A stretch of 64,000 bases of DNA. Origin: Epiperipatus broadwayi. Lineage: Eukaryota; Animalia; Onychophora. A program made the position numbers and the translations under genes. The DNA is taken from assembly GCA_028023455.1 (NCBI GenBank), contig JAQFVV010000005.1, forward strand, positions 6,696,001 to 6,760,000. The letters are read 5' to 3'. Under the pieces are notes generated by a model. That model saw only the letters and a program-made list of their open reading frames with translations. It searched no databases and was not told where the DNA came from. Within the stretch, counting starts at the first letter, position 1. Every line of letters starts with the position of its first letter. Below, piece by piece: positions 12,896 through 26,369 of the stretch.

Positions 12896-14518
12896 TTTAT
12901 ATATCTTAAAGACATCACCAAATGTTTTTTTGTCATCTAAAATCTTTTGATCTTTCTGGCCAACATCAAGCAGAAATATTTTTTTCAAATCATATTATAT
13001 AGTGTTAATAATACTTCTCATTTACTTAATTTTATGAGTTTATTATTGCCTTTATAGCAGAATGTTTTGTTCAGAAATTAACTTTTTTATATATTTGTGT
13101 TACTATTTTACTACAAATAGCAACTGGAAAATATCTTTTTTTATAGAATGTTTTAAATCAGTATTTTTAAATATTTATATCTTATTTAAAATGATAGTTT
13201 TCCCCCAAAATTTTCTGATTGGCTTTTAACTTTAACAAAATAAAAATTCTTTTTTAAAATTGGATGTTTCACTTACTAAAAAAAAAAGCAATTAAATTAT
13301 TTAAAAATTAATTTCGTCACCTATACAAATTGTACACTCTTACACAACTTTTCTCATCCTTCACCAGTATAATTAATTCAAATTAAATCCATTTGCAACA
13401 CTTTATATTGATGCCTTTTTAGAATTTCATTAGTGTTGTTATAACTGTATATTTTTATAGGGTTTTTAAGCGTCAAGCTTATTATACATTAAAATTTCCA
13501 ATTTAAAAAATCTTTAATCTTCAATATAAAATGATTTCTCAATTATCTTCAATGCATTATTTCTTTCTATTAATGTTTAACTAAGGCTATATTTTAAAGT
13601 TATTTTATAAGACCTCAAGAAATCATACTCACCAATTATTGGTATAAATAATTATAATAATACAACTAATCAATTTAGTTATTTATAGTTATATCAATAC
13701 ATTTCTTCCAAATAAATGAGACTATTTAATTTTTACATTTTTCTAATAAAACTGTTACTAAACTGTAAAAGGCAAATTAAAGTTATATACTATGTATAGA
13801 TATTATGAAGGAGGAGAACACACATATTTCTATATAGTTTTGATAATATCCTGTTCTCCATCATGAATTTCATGCATAAAGCTGAAGAACTTGTTTACCA
13901 CCATTTTTAGAAATCTCCACTGATCTTGTAAAAATAAAGGATATTGACTGATTGTATACCATTTAATAACAGATTTGCAATCATCAGCTATTAACTTTGG
14001 GCCCATCATATTTTCCAGAATAAAATGTAATAAGTCATTGTAAACTGATTAATCCAACTTGGTCTATTTCTCTTTCAACTTCTGCCATAAAGGCAATCAT
14101 AGTGATCATAGCAATTCAAAATGTTTTAGAACAATACTTTTTTTACTGCAGATAATTTACCAACCTAAACAAAAAAAAAAATTGCCAAAAATGTAGAAAA
14201 TGAAAAAAGATAATTGTGATTTTTTAATCTTAAAAATAAGCTTTTTAATATTTGCAAAAAAAAGTATTTTTTAATATATCACAAATAAAAATAATATTAA
14301 AAACAGAAAACAAATCATAAAAAAACTTTCTTTATATAACATGTTAATATGACAATGAGAAAATAACTTGAAAGAGATCTGGTCACTATATAATCTACAA
14401 AAATAATAATTAAAAAGTAAAAATAAAAAAATACTCAACAAATATATGAATATCAAAACAAAAATTACTAAAAGAAATTGTAATTATAAATTTATTTAAA
14501 CGCACATTGATTACGTAA

Positions 14519-14660
14519 ATAATATTCATTAAGGCTGTAGCCTCAAGCACATGCGTATAAAATGCGGTAGTAGGGAGCTTGTGGTTTTAAGACCTGTAGA
14601 GGTCCCTACTATCGCATTTTATATGCATGTGCTTGAGGCTACAGCCTTAATGAATATTAT
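14519..14660. repeat. Near-perfect foldback hairpin (58-bp arms, 26-bp spacer), MITE-like
   Basis: 14519-14576 is the reverse complement of 14603-14660 with two transition mismatches. Confidence 0.9.
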
Positions 14661-15140
14661 AAAAGAAATTGTCAAAATAGTAAAGTTTAATTTTGTGCTA
14701 ATGTTTATTACTTATAGGTTGTTAAAAAAAGAATTGAGTACAATAGGTAAAGAAAAGAGATATGGTTATGTAAAAAATGAAAAAGTAGTAAGTATATAAA
14801 AACAATACACTGATATTTTTATATAACAAAAGCTCCAGAAATGAAGGTTTTTTTACAATAAAGAATAATGTCTGTAAAGTTCAAATTTCAATAATTTTTT
14901 CCAAACTGAAATTAATTAAACAATTTACTCAAAATACAATTAAAATGTCATGAAAAGCAGTAAATATTAATTTTAAAAAAATAATAAAAATTTAGTATCA
15001 TCTAGTAAAATAAAACTATTCATTGTGAATTTCATTAAAATTTTTCATTAAAAGATTTAATAGTAAAAAAATCAAATCCTACATCACATAACTTAATTTA
15101 ATAAGCTTGTACCACAAATGTAATATAATGAGTGTGCTAA

Positions 15141-15598
15141 TAGCTCTAAACAAGCTTTTCCAATAAATACCAGAAAAGAAAACATTTAAATTCTCTATCT
15201 AGAATTATCCCTATCCCCAAACTGGTTTCAAGTTGATAGCCCTCATCAGTGAGGTGCTAAGATATTCAGACACTAGATCTAAAATAACAACTCAAGCGTA
15301 GTTTGCTAAGGCTATTAATGTGTGATGTAGCTGAAAATTTTTCAGACCCATATAGCTATTTAAATTAGATAGGTGAATTTGAAGACATATAGATATCTGA
15401 AAATTTCAGATTTTCTACTTAATAGTTAAATATTAGATAAATGCTGTGCTTGAGCTGATATTTTAGATCTAGTGTCTGAATATTCTAGCACCTCACTGTC
15501 AAGAGTCATCAGCTTAAAATCAGTTTGGAGATAGGAATAATTATAGATAGATATTTTAAATGCTTTCTCTTCCAGTCGGAAAAGCTTGTTTAGAGCTA
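15141..15598. mobile_element. Palindromic element (~155-bp arms, TA-flanked), diverged relative of the 36.3/41.1 kb hammerhead family
   Basis: TAGCTCTAAACAAGCTTTTCC / GGAAAAGCTTGTTTAGAGCTA termini. Internal TATCCCCAAACTGGTTTC...CTCATCAGTGAGG and CTAGATCT are homologous to the 41 kb element. Confidence 0.85.
15207..15264 (-). ncRNA. Type I hammerhead ribozyme motif (partly decayed)
   Basis: Minus strand reads CCUCA CUGAUGA GGGCUAUCAACUU GAAAC CA GUU UGGGG. Core intact, stem I CCUCA/UGGGG, weak stem II, GUU triplet. The mirror copy in the right arm is degenerate. Confidence 0.65.
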
Positions 15599-18257
15599 AG
15601 ATTTTTAAAAAATTTTAAATAATAATTATTCAATAATTATTTTTATTAAAGAATTTGCATAGTAAACATTGAAATAAAGCAATGAACATGAAATTTATTA
15701 TTTAAAAAAAAAAAATAAAACTTACTATTACTGAAATGTAATATTAAAATATCACAGACAATATTTATCCATTACTTATTACTTGCAATAAAAAAAAAAT
15801 TAAACAAATGCAATTTATTATTAAATGAAATAAAATAAAAAACCATCAAATTTATCATTAAAAAATCATAGTGCCTTAAAAAAAAAAAGTTTCTGATAAC
15901 TAAAGACATTTTTAACAATAACATTATCTAATAATAAATATTTATTAAATAACTTCTGTGACGTCTGATACAACACAGATTTTAAAGAACAACTAGCAAT
16001 ATAACATTTTCCCCACTAAATTAAAATTTCTACAATAAATGCAATAACTAAAGAGCAGTAATCTTTATCACATAAGGCTTCATTATCAATTTAGTTCATT
16101 TACCTTTTTCTATCTCTAGCAGTAAAAATATTGCACATATTTATTTATTTTTAAATATTTTCCTCGGTATTTATACAACAACAATTTTAACCGTAAGCTA
16201 TAAAAGCAGAATTTGAAAGCCTATTAATGTAAGAAAAATAATTTTAAATGGCTAAAGTGTTACAAATCTAAGCAATAACAAAATTGACAGAAAAATTAAA
16301 TATTACAATAATCACTGAATAGTTGATATACCAACATGTATGTAAGATTTTTTAAAGAGATACAACTTTTAGTAAAAGATATTTTTATCATATTTTGTAA
16401 ATTGATTAAAGTTGACATCAAGAAAAAAGTTAATTTCAAAGTGAAATTACAATTAAATGATGGGAATCTAGTGCTAAATATGGAATCACTAAATTAGTAA
16501 CAACATTACTTAAAATAACAGATGTTACAATAAATGCTTTCGGCTGATATAACAACTACATACCTAGGACTTTTCAAAATGTTTTAGCTTTGGTTTAAGC
16601 ATTAGCTATTTTTATTTTGTAAACTTATTTGCATTTAGTTTTCCTTCTGCAATTTATTAAACTTTACTAGTTTTTTAAAACTCTTTTTTTATATGTACAC
16701 ATATAAAGTATTAATGATAAGCCAGAAAAATAATTAAAAACTTGATAAATACTGAAGTGATAAAAAAAATCATTTCTAAAAATGAAAACTGTAAAATATT
16801 CAGCAATTTAATAAATTTTGAATATAGTATGGCTAAGTCAACAATCTGTACCATTTTGAAACATTGAAAAATTTAAAAATATACAGATAATAAAGTGATT
16901 CCAGATTGATGATAGAATATTAATTTGCTATGTTGGATTGATCAAAAACAAAAGGCAGGCAATAACTATCAATGAGTTGATCATTTTCAAAAAAAGTCCA
17001 AGTAATTCTTTCAGGAGTTTTTGCTATGATTCTTAATACAAATGCTGTTTCTGTGGAGTTTTACGGTAAGCAAAGTATAGCTATTAGATTCAGGAAAAAA
17101 ACTGAACTGCATTGCATTATAAAGCCTGATGAGGCAAAGCTGAATGTTATTTACATGAAGGTGAAAGTTTTGAAATCAATGATTTGTGAATTTTTATTAG
17201 GAAATGAAAATTTGTTCACATTTTTATTTTAAACTTTTAAGAATTGAATTTTAGATTTAATTGAAATTTAACTGAATATTATTACAGTATTTAATTTTAC
17301 AAATATATTTGATTTCCCTTGTATTAAATGCTTATTCGGGGTAGTAACCTTAGTTTAGGCCATGGATGTAAAAGGGATTTTTCCTAAATATTATGTATTT
17401 CATTATAAGCTACAACAAATATAACAAACTGAGTTACTGGAATCAATTAATTTATTGAATTAGATATCATAATAATCATTAAACACTTAAATTTGCTAGC
17501 CTTATTTTTAAAACTATAGTAAGTTCAATTTCTAATGAAAACAAAAGTTATGATACGTACTTTTTTATTCGTACCAACTAACGTAATATTTAAAAATGTT
17601 AATATTGATATATGTATAGAAATAATTTGATATTATTTGGAAGCAAAATTAATGTTAAGTGAGTGCAAAGTACAATATCATAGACTATTTAATCTAATCA
17701 CAGAATGACGAATAAAATGAAAAAAAGCACATGTCGACATTAAATTTCAACATCATGGAAAATATTGCTATAATATATAGGGAGCTTTCTGAATTGACGT
17801 ACCTATTTTTCATCATTAAAATGTTTTGTTTCTTTTTTAATTGCTAATTCATAAAATAATCGTTTGTGATTGCTTTTCGCCTACGCAGTTTAAATTTTTT
17901 TTTGTCACAAGTATGATTAAAGTTAGCTCATATGAACACTTTTGTGATTTTCAGAAAGCACAGTATACTTTTAAATCTAAGGATAAAGATGAAATTAGAT
18001 TAAAATCATCGTTTTAAGAAATGCAATTGTTTTGTGTTTTAACTTTTTTTAATATTAAAATATTTAAAAGAATAATGTGATGAATTTAATTTAAAAACTA
18101 TGTAAAACTAAAATAATATATTTTCTGAATTTAATTTAAAAGTTAAGTAAAACTAAAAATCTTGCTGTTTCGCAGATGTGGATAAACTAATAAAAACTAC
18201 GTATAAATTTAAATTTACCACGTACAGGTACAACGGTTTAATAGAATCTTATGGATT

Positions 18258-18400
18258 CTTACCTCAACAGCACAAAATAATATAGTACAGTATTTTATTT
18301 TCCTTTCCCATTAAACTTACGTTTATAGATATTACCGAATTTTAATTTTTTCCAAATCGGTAGTGACCTCTGGCGAGAAATATTCGAATATACGAATTGC
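18258..18400 (-). promoter_or_regulatory. Candidate non-coding first exon / 5' splice donor of ZNF paralog 1
   Basis: Plus CTTACCTC = minus GAG|GTAAG at 18262. Flanks are paralogous to 40070-40130. CpG-retaining island. Confidence 0.55.
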
Positions 18401-18419
18401 ACACAGAAAATTCAATATT

Positions 18420-18528
18420 GTCTTGCATTGGTGGTCGAGAGGACAGCGCGACTGCCTTGCACTTGCAGGCAGTTGCCCGGGTTGCGGGTTCGCGTCCCGG
18501 CCGATGCTATGACATTTAAAAAAAAAAA
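18420..18528 (+). mobile_element. tRNA-Gly-derived SINE with poly(A) tail and 13-bp TSD
   Basis: AAAATTCAATATT at 18407-18419 and 18529-18541. The GCATTGGTGGT...CCCGGCCGATGC ends resemble tRNA-Gly(GCC). 30 nt are identical to the 1790 copy. Confidence 0.87.
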
Positions 18529-19559
18529 AAAATTCAATATTATACAAAATGTAATTAATTTCTAGGATACAATTGTAAAAGTAATAAAACTTAATAGAAT
18601 ACAATTTAAATGTGTATTACAAAAAGTTTAATAAAAGATTATATCATTTGTAGAAAATGATTTAACTGAGAAAGAGAGAAAAACAAAATTAAGAGAAAAA
18701 TAAAATTTAATTTTTAAAATTATTATAAAAAAAAGGAAGGAAGTACGTTAATTTTATGTTACGTTTATAATTATAAATTTATTAGTTACGTTTATAAATA
18801 ATTCCAACAATAAAAATACGAATAAAATAAGAAATAGGAACGCTATTATTAATTAATAATCGCAATGTAGAACTGTTTAAAAAAAAACGATATTTTAGAA
18901 TACATAAATCAATAACTTTTTATTATATTTTTAAGGTTTTAAAAACATTTCATCTCTCTATATGAATATATATATACTGTATACGCTTGGACGTATGTAT
19001 GTATATGATCAAAATAATGGTAGCTATTAATTTAAAAGGATTCGCACAAAAAATATAACTTCGAAACAATTTTAAAAATATTTATTATAGTACTGGGTGG
19101 AGGGACACAAATCAAAAATGATAAAAATCTCTTAAATATATGTAACTATCTTAATATAGAGGATATATTTTACTTTTTGTCTACTTCCAATATGTCTCAA
19201 AACGGCACTAGTATAAACATCATAACTTTGCAACAAAATTGTCTAAATCGTATTGTGGATAATATTTGATATATGCTGTTATTTGAAAATTATATTCTTT
19301 TCAAAATATTCATTTGTATGTTTGAGCATCAATACCATGGACTTTTTTTCTACCGAACACAACTTCATAAAAAAGAAATCATTTAAAATATCATTATCAC
19401 TTTTAATTATTTATCAATTTGCAGCAAAGTCTTTCCAAATAGAATTCAGTTTTGTTGGTCAACAGCTTCTTTTCTCCACACAACTACCTCATCCCATCAT
19501 GAACAATCTTTGGAACTCAGTTCAAGACTCTAGCTATCTTTTATGGCAATATGTCTAAC

Positions 19560-21620
19560 TGAACTACAATTCAGTTTCAATTCTTAAACTGATACTTGTT
19601 TGTTCTTTTATTTTATGTACTTCACTTTTATTCGCTCCTGGTTATTTCCAACATCTCTCTACATATTTCCTTCTGTAGTCTCATTGTTCTTCTAGTGAGC
19701 ATCTAATTCTCAGATGCTATGCACTTGTTAAAAACTTTTCTTTTCCAATACATAAGCATATTTTCCTTTAATATTATTTCTATCAAAAGCAATCCATTTA
19801 AGTTCATTTTATCAATTTTTATTTTCTCATTGAGTGATAAAGCCAGTGAATATATATTATTGGGTTTTTTCAACATTTGTCTTTAATCCTACTTGTTTTG
19901 CCTTCATCTGATATTTTTTTTATAACATTTCTTGAAACTCTAAAGCATATTAACTGCAAAATCTATTCTCTTATCTTCCCATGCAATCTGTAAATAACTA
20001 CCTCTAAGAATGTAGTAAAAATTTTGGAAATATGGAATCATCATATTGATTATCTTGATCAATGATAATTCTTTAAATATCACCATATAAAACAATAATT
20101 ATTATGCATTGTGATAATAAGTCTTTAGAATTTGATAATACTCTTTAATTATGCTTAATAATTCAGTCAATATACTTATAGAATCAAATGTTTTTTATAG
20201 TCTCCAGTCTATAATATAATCACAATTCATATTCATTCATCATTCCTATAATGTATCTCAATACATGGATGTGATTTACTGCAATAAATCAACTTGCGAG
20301 TCTATAATTAGCTGTAAATAAGTTATAATTATCATGTTAAAGATCATATATAAAACCAATAAAAATGATAAGGCTGTTATTTCTAATATTTTTTTTTTGC
20401 ATTCCTTAAATATCAATCATCTATTACATGTATAACATTGAAGATTATTTGATACATGAATTTGCCACCAATTTCTTTATCTTCTTTTAAAATATCAATA
20501 ACAACTCCACTCTTTAATAATAAATTTCTCATTCTTTATAGATTTAATTGTGTATCATCTCATTTAAAATATTTGACAATTTGGAAGAAGTTGTAAGTAT
20601 AGAGATTACTTTGTTTTTTTATTACTAAATGTTTTTTTATTGCAAAACTTTTAAACATATATGTCATACCCTTTTGTTAGTAAATTATTTCATCTTTTCT
20701 TATTGTTAAAACAACTTTATTTCCAATACTAAAATGGTATTTTATATTTTTGATATTTTTACTCATCTAAGCATCCCTTGACAATTCAGTTATATTTCTT
20801 TATATCAATAACACTTTTTCACACTATATCATAGAATGCAAGATACTGAATTCTTCTAATTGGATTGGTTTGAAATGTTTTTGTTTTCTTCATACATTCT
20901 CTTATTTTAGATAAAAAATTTATTGTAAAATTACCATTTTCTTTATCAATTATTTGGGTAGAAGTTTATCTTATACTAATGTTAATCAAGACTGAACCAT
21001 AATAAAAATCTGATATTTTATAATGACTTATACGTTCTTACTTAAATTCACTAGAGGACTTCTGGAGATTAAGAATATCAACTGTTGATAGAAACTTTTT
21101 AATAGCTTTGTGTCTAGATTGCATTATCATGTACCTTATATGCTCATTTCCTATGTTGAATCTATTAAATAGATTATAATCTTGAAATATATATTTTCTA
21201 GTAAACATTTTCACTTGGATGCTTCCATGCCAATTTCTATTCATCAAAGGAATTCACAATAGTTTCTTTACCTGTAAATTCCATAAGTCTATGTCATTTA
21301 TTGCTTCTCTTTTATCCAAATTTACTTTAGTATTATAATCTTTTTACTGATTTCCAATTGCAACATTAAAATCTTTCATGACAATTTTAAAATGTTTAGT
21401 TTAATCAAAAATATTCTGAATATTTAAATAAAAATCTAATTTTTCATCAGAATGGCAAGATGTTGGGAATAAATTTGAATTTTCTGCACTTGGTATCTTC
21501 CATTAAACTGAATAACTAATCTTGCTACACTGTTTTATATAACATCAAACTTCATAATGTTGTCTTGTTTTTTATTAATAATGAATCCCACTCTACAGAT
21601 ATTTCTGATATTTGTGGCTT
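19560..21620 (-). mobile_element. Old, heavily decayed RTE-like LINE (APE endonuclease + RT remnants)
   Basis: Minus-strand remnants GFIINKK and MKDFNVAIG (APE GDFN motif) near 21350-21600, plus RT-like remnants near 19900-20450. Many stops and frameshifts. Confidence 0.6.
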
Positions 21621-22540
21621 AAAATTTATATCCAGTTTTCAAATCAATTTTAACTTGAGAAAGTCCAATAATGTCCAATTTAATATTTTACAGTTCTTGC
21701 AATCTACTTTCACATGAAAGTCTTTATCATTAAATATTGGTCTGGATCCAAAAACTTTGCAATTAACTAAGAGCGTATTCGAATTTATTTTGAGCTTTAA
21801 AGACACTAAGCAGGATAGATTTTTGATATTCATTCCATATTATATTATTGTCATTGCAGATATTAATGCAATGAAATTATTCATATAGGAAAGGAATTTA
21901 TGAATTGATCCCTAACTTACATCAGAAAGAATAATAGTTTATTGGCCTAACTTGTGAGTTTAAAACCAAGAATTAGCACAACTTCCTTCTTAGTTACCTG
22001 ATAGTTCTTAACTGAAACATCGGTAAAGATTTTTTTGGAGATAGGATAAATTTTAATATATAGTATACTAAAAAATTACTGTTATGTGCTTTCCAGAATT
22101 TGAATTTGTATATAAATAACACAAATTTCAAGTCAAGAATCTTAATGATTCAATAGCAAGTTGCTTGACAATTCCACATAAGTTTATTTATTCTGATTTC
22201 ATTTTATCCTTTGTTATTATCATTTGCAGATATTTTAAATTTATTCATAATTAATATATATATATATTTATTTATAATCACAGTTTCCAGCCACTTTCCA
22301 TATCTGAAATCTGAAAACCCACAAATTCAATAACGCAAAATTTAAAAAGAATATGTAAAATAAAAATTAGAAAATTGTAAATAGATTAAAAATTCAGAAA
22401 ATTTATGATTATATATCATTTAATTATTATATCACCCTCTTCAAATCATGAATTAATTTTAAATAGCTCACAAAGAAATCTTATCCTAATCAGAGAAGTA
22501 TATAATTTTCCATTTAAAATTTTGCTTTTTTAAAAAAGAC

Positions 22541-22719
22541 ATCATCATCAACCATTATCAATCCATTGCAGAATGGTCTCTCTAAGTTCAATCCATCTCC
22601 GATCTTTAGCTTTTCTTCTCCATATCACCCCTGCACACTTTCTTATTTCATCCATCCATCTCACATGTGATCTGTTTCTGGGTCTTTTACAATCTCTTGG
22701 AATCCAGTTTAAGATTTCA
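22541..22719 (-). mobile_element. 3'-end fragment of the same RTE family as 3192-4816
   Basis: (CAT)n followed by sequence nearly identical to 3200-3390. Confidence 0.9.
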
Positions 22720-23949
22720 TTAAAATAAAAATTATTTTTCTTTTAACTGATACTAATTTAATTTTTTTCTGTAAAGTATTTTTATTTTTGAAGTTGGATC
22801 AGTCAGTTCTTTGATAATTATATTGCATTTAATTGTCAATCTATTATTTCTTTTCCTTTTAGTTTTTGTTACTTAATTTTATTGTAGAGGCTGAGTTCTA
22901 CACCCCTCCCTACACACAATCATTAACAATCAATTTCATACTTATTGTTAATCTTTGTCACATCATTGTGCTATGTAGAGCATATTCATCAAAAAGTCTT
23001 ATTTTAATCTTCATTTCATTCTATTATAAAAACTAATTTCATCATTGCTATCTCTTTGTTTAATTTTTATGATTTTATTATGTTTAATAATTATTTAATT
23101 ATTTTACCTGCATTCTTAGAAGATAAATGTTATATTATTTTCCTAATTTAAATGCACTTGTTGTGTTGTTGGCAGCATGGAGGATGCCCTTACTGCCTTT
23201 TATATTATTTTGATATTTCTTATTCAATTTGCATCAGAAAATATAAGATTTCTGTTTTTTACAGTCAGTAGAATTAAAATACTTATATTTTAATAATTGT
23301 AAAGTGTTTAAATGTTTTTTCAAGTTATCAACTGCATATTACTTAAGTATTTCAGTATTCTGTTATCATGTAATTTCATTTCTACTTTCTTAAAATGCAA
23401 TTCCAAAATAAACTAACAGAATTCCATGTTTAGCTTAACTAATAATCATCATATTTTGTTAAGCAGTTAAAGTATTACTATTAATATTTTGTTCCAAGTG
23501 CATTTTATTCTGAATTTGAACCCTGAGATCAAGATATTCTAAATATTTGAGATATGTTTTTAAAACCCGAGATTAATATATTTTAAAACATTTGAACTTG
23601 CAAAGGAACGTATATTTAAAATAAATACAATATTCCTAGAACATAAGATATTTAAAAGTGAAAAGAACATATATTTGAAATCAAGATATCTTATGAATCA
23701 AGATAAAAAATATTTTGAGTTATAAAAAGAACCTTGTATTTTAATAATTATATTTAGCTATGATATTGTCTACAAGAGAACTCATACTCTCAGGTGGTTT
23801 TCAAAATCCATCATATGGTGCCTGTGCATGTAATCTCAGGTTGTTGTTGGCCTGTTACCTCTGGATGATCAATTTACATTATACATGTTATTATGAGTAT
23901 ATAATTTTTAACTCGTAATATAATAACATTTCTTTAGCATTAACACGTT

Positions 23950-24880
23950 TCTTTTCATTATATACATTTTACTATTATTAAAACTTGCCTTCCCCTATTC
24001 ATTATTTAAACCAATTTTTTATTCCATCTTATACAAATGTATGAAACCTTTATATATTATTCTTTATATAATTATTTTTAATTAAAACCATTATTTAACA
24101 ATTTGTTTATTTAAATTTTTTTTTCTGTTAATATACAAACTTTCTTTTAACATTCTTTCCTTATATAATTTACCATTTTCTAACATATTTATAACAAAAT
24201 TTTTATATTTAAATTCCTTACTATCGTATGTAAATATTTGATTTATCATTTAAATGCTGCTTCAATATGGTTTTTAGTTTTTTTTTTTGTTGCGTTAATA
24301 TATGATCTATTCTTATTATCTTTCTTACAATCTAAACATCTAATCATATAAATTCCATTCATATTTTCAACATTTTCCTATTTTTTGTTCTATTAATCAA
24401 ATTATCTAGGTTAATTTTCTTTTTGTATATTGGTTTAATAATTAATTTGCCTCCTGTTTTTATACTTTTTGTTAATATTCTTTATTATCCTTTTTATATC
24501 AAAGAAAGTGTTTTTTGATCAATTGAAACTACTATGCATTACATTATGGATATCATTTTTATTTAAACTTTTTATTTTTGTTACCATACAATTTATTAAT
24601 CATTTTTATAGAATAAACATGTTTCATTGCTTCATTTGTTATATTATCAATTTCTTCTTCAAATAATTTTTCCTCAGAACATAAATTAATTGGGAATTTT
24701 GGTATTATTCCTGCTATGACATATTACTCCAATAATATTTGCATCCAGTAATATTTACTCAACATTTCCATTTATGATATCATGTCATCCAAGAATCCTG
24801 GCATGACTAATCCATGTAAAATAAACTGACTCTTTCCTTTCCATTTTGGAAGATATTAAATTATACAGTCTGACAGTGAC
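23950..24880 (-). mobile_element. Decayed Penelope-like remnant (RT fragment + GIY-YIG)
   Basis: Minus translation NGIYMIRCLDCKK (~24320-24370) fits the PLE GIY-YIG 'GxIYxIxCxxC' motif. RT-like HGLVMPG/ENVE remnants at ~24740-24850. Confidence 0.5.
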
Positions 24881-25292
24881 TTTTTTTTTCACTACAAGAC
24901 ATCTCTCATATCATTTGTAATATGGTTTTATATTAAAAAATAGATTTACAGTTAAAACTTTTATATATTTGTGGTTTTTTTTTTTTAATATTTAAAATAG
25001 AAGGTTAAACTTATAGTTTGGCAGTTTTAGATAAAGTTAAAACATTATCTTACAGTTCATCATTATGTTACAGATCATCATTTAAAAATGTTATGTATTT
25101 TTTTTAGATTTGAAGATTGGTATTACATGTGCTGGGTGTTTTTGTGTTATGCTGGAGAGGGAGGCAGGATGTCTTTGATGGCACACAGTGCTGTTCTACC
25201 TGTTTTTATTTAGTATCATAATGTGTTTTTTTGTAGAAAATATATCTCTCCATTTTTTTTAGACTAAGATGGATATTACATGTGGGATATAG

Positions 25293-25449
25293 TATTACTC
25301 TGGTGATGTATTATTCTAAGTTTGTGATATGTTTAAAATAATGCCTCGATAGGATTTGCAGACAAATTTTATTAAGTTTGTCTGCACATCCTTGGAGATG
25401 TTATTTTGAACATATTACAAACTTAGAATAATACATCACCAAAGTAATA
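25293..25449. repeat. Imperfect foldback hairpin (~73-bp arms, ~10-bp loop)
   Basis: TATTACTCTGGTGATGTATTATTCTAAGTTTG...GCAGACAAA / TTTGTCTGC...CAAACTTAGAATAATACATCACCAAAGTAATA. Confidence 0.85.
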
Positions 25450-26369
25450 TGTCATATCAGGAATAATACCAAGTGCCAAACATTATTTTAAAATTTACTT
25501 TTGCGCACTGAGAAAATAAGTTAATAGGTTTTTTTACAGAGCTGCTTCATAATTTGTGATCATAAAAGAATGATACTTTATTAATTTTTATAATATACAT
25601 GATATTTATCATATTTTTATAAATAAAATGTTATTTAAATCAATGTAATAGTTAAAAAATAGGTACTTTTTAATTTTTTAAAAACATATTCTATCTAATT
25701 TAGCTATTAGTTTTTATTTTGTAAATAAAATTTCTGATGATGAAATGAAGTTTCAGAATTATCTATTTCACTACTTTATATTGGTTAGTTCTGTACTGTA
25801 AAAGGATGAATGTTATCATTTCAATTAATAATATAAACTAATAAAGTGTTTGTGATTTTTCTAATTATCACAGTATAAATTAGCATTTTTGATTTATTTC
25901 ATAGGCTTTTGGAAATAGCATTTATGATTTTTTTTAAAATGTAGTGTAATTCATGTGAATACATTGCCTTAACATAGGTTAATTTTTTGAGAATTAGTAT
26001 TATAGTTTTTAAGTATTAGTTTTTTAATTTTTTATACTCCATGAAATACTATGGAAAGACAGGAGTTTCATTTGTTAAAACTAGATAATGTTAAATAGCC
26101 TTTTGATTTATTTCATAGGCTTTTGAAAATAGCATTTTTGATTTTTCTAATTATTGCTGAAAATTGTTTGTTTTTAGTGTTGAAAGGCAAGATTTTTTTT
26201 TGAGTGTAGTGCCTTAGGCATTTTAATTTTTTATGGTTATTTCTTTTCCCACCATTTTTTGAAACTATGTGCTTATAGTCGAGGTCATTACAGCTTCTAT
26301 ATTTAACTGTTTGGGGCTAGCAAGTGCTATCTAGTGCCATGTACCAGTGGTGATACTAGTACTGAATTA

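Noticed and set aside
14526-14550. Hammerhead in the 14.5 kb hairpin (TTGA-GGC-TACA-GCC-TTAA)
   Set aside because: A stem II-like hairpin is present, but neither CUGANGA nor GAAA is.
23520-23740. Decayed AAGATAT-rich tandem repeat
   Set aside because: No stable period can be established by eye; low complexity.
25298-25325. Hammerhead in the 25.3 kb hairpin (CTGGTGATG...)
   Set aside because: No stem II, no GAAA, and the orientation is opposite to the true cases.
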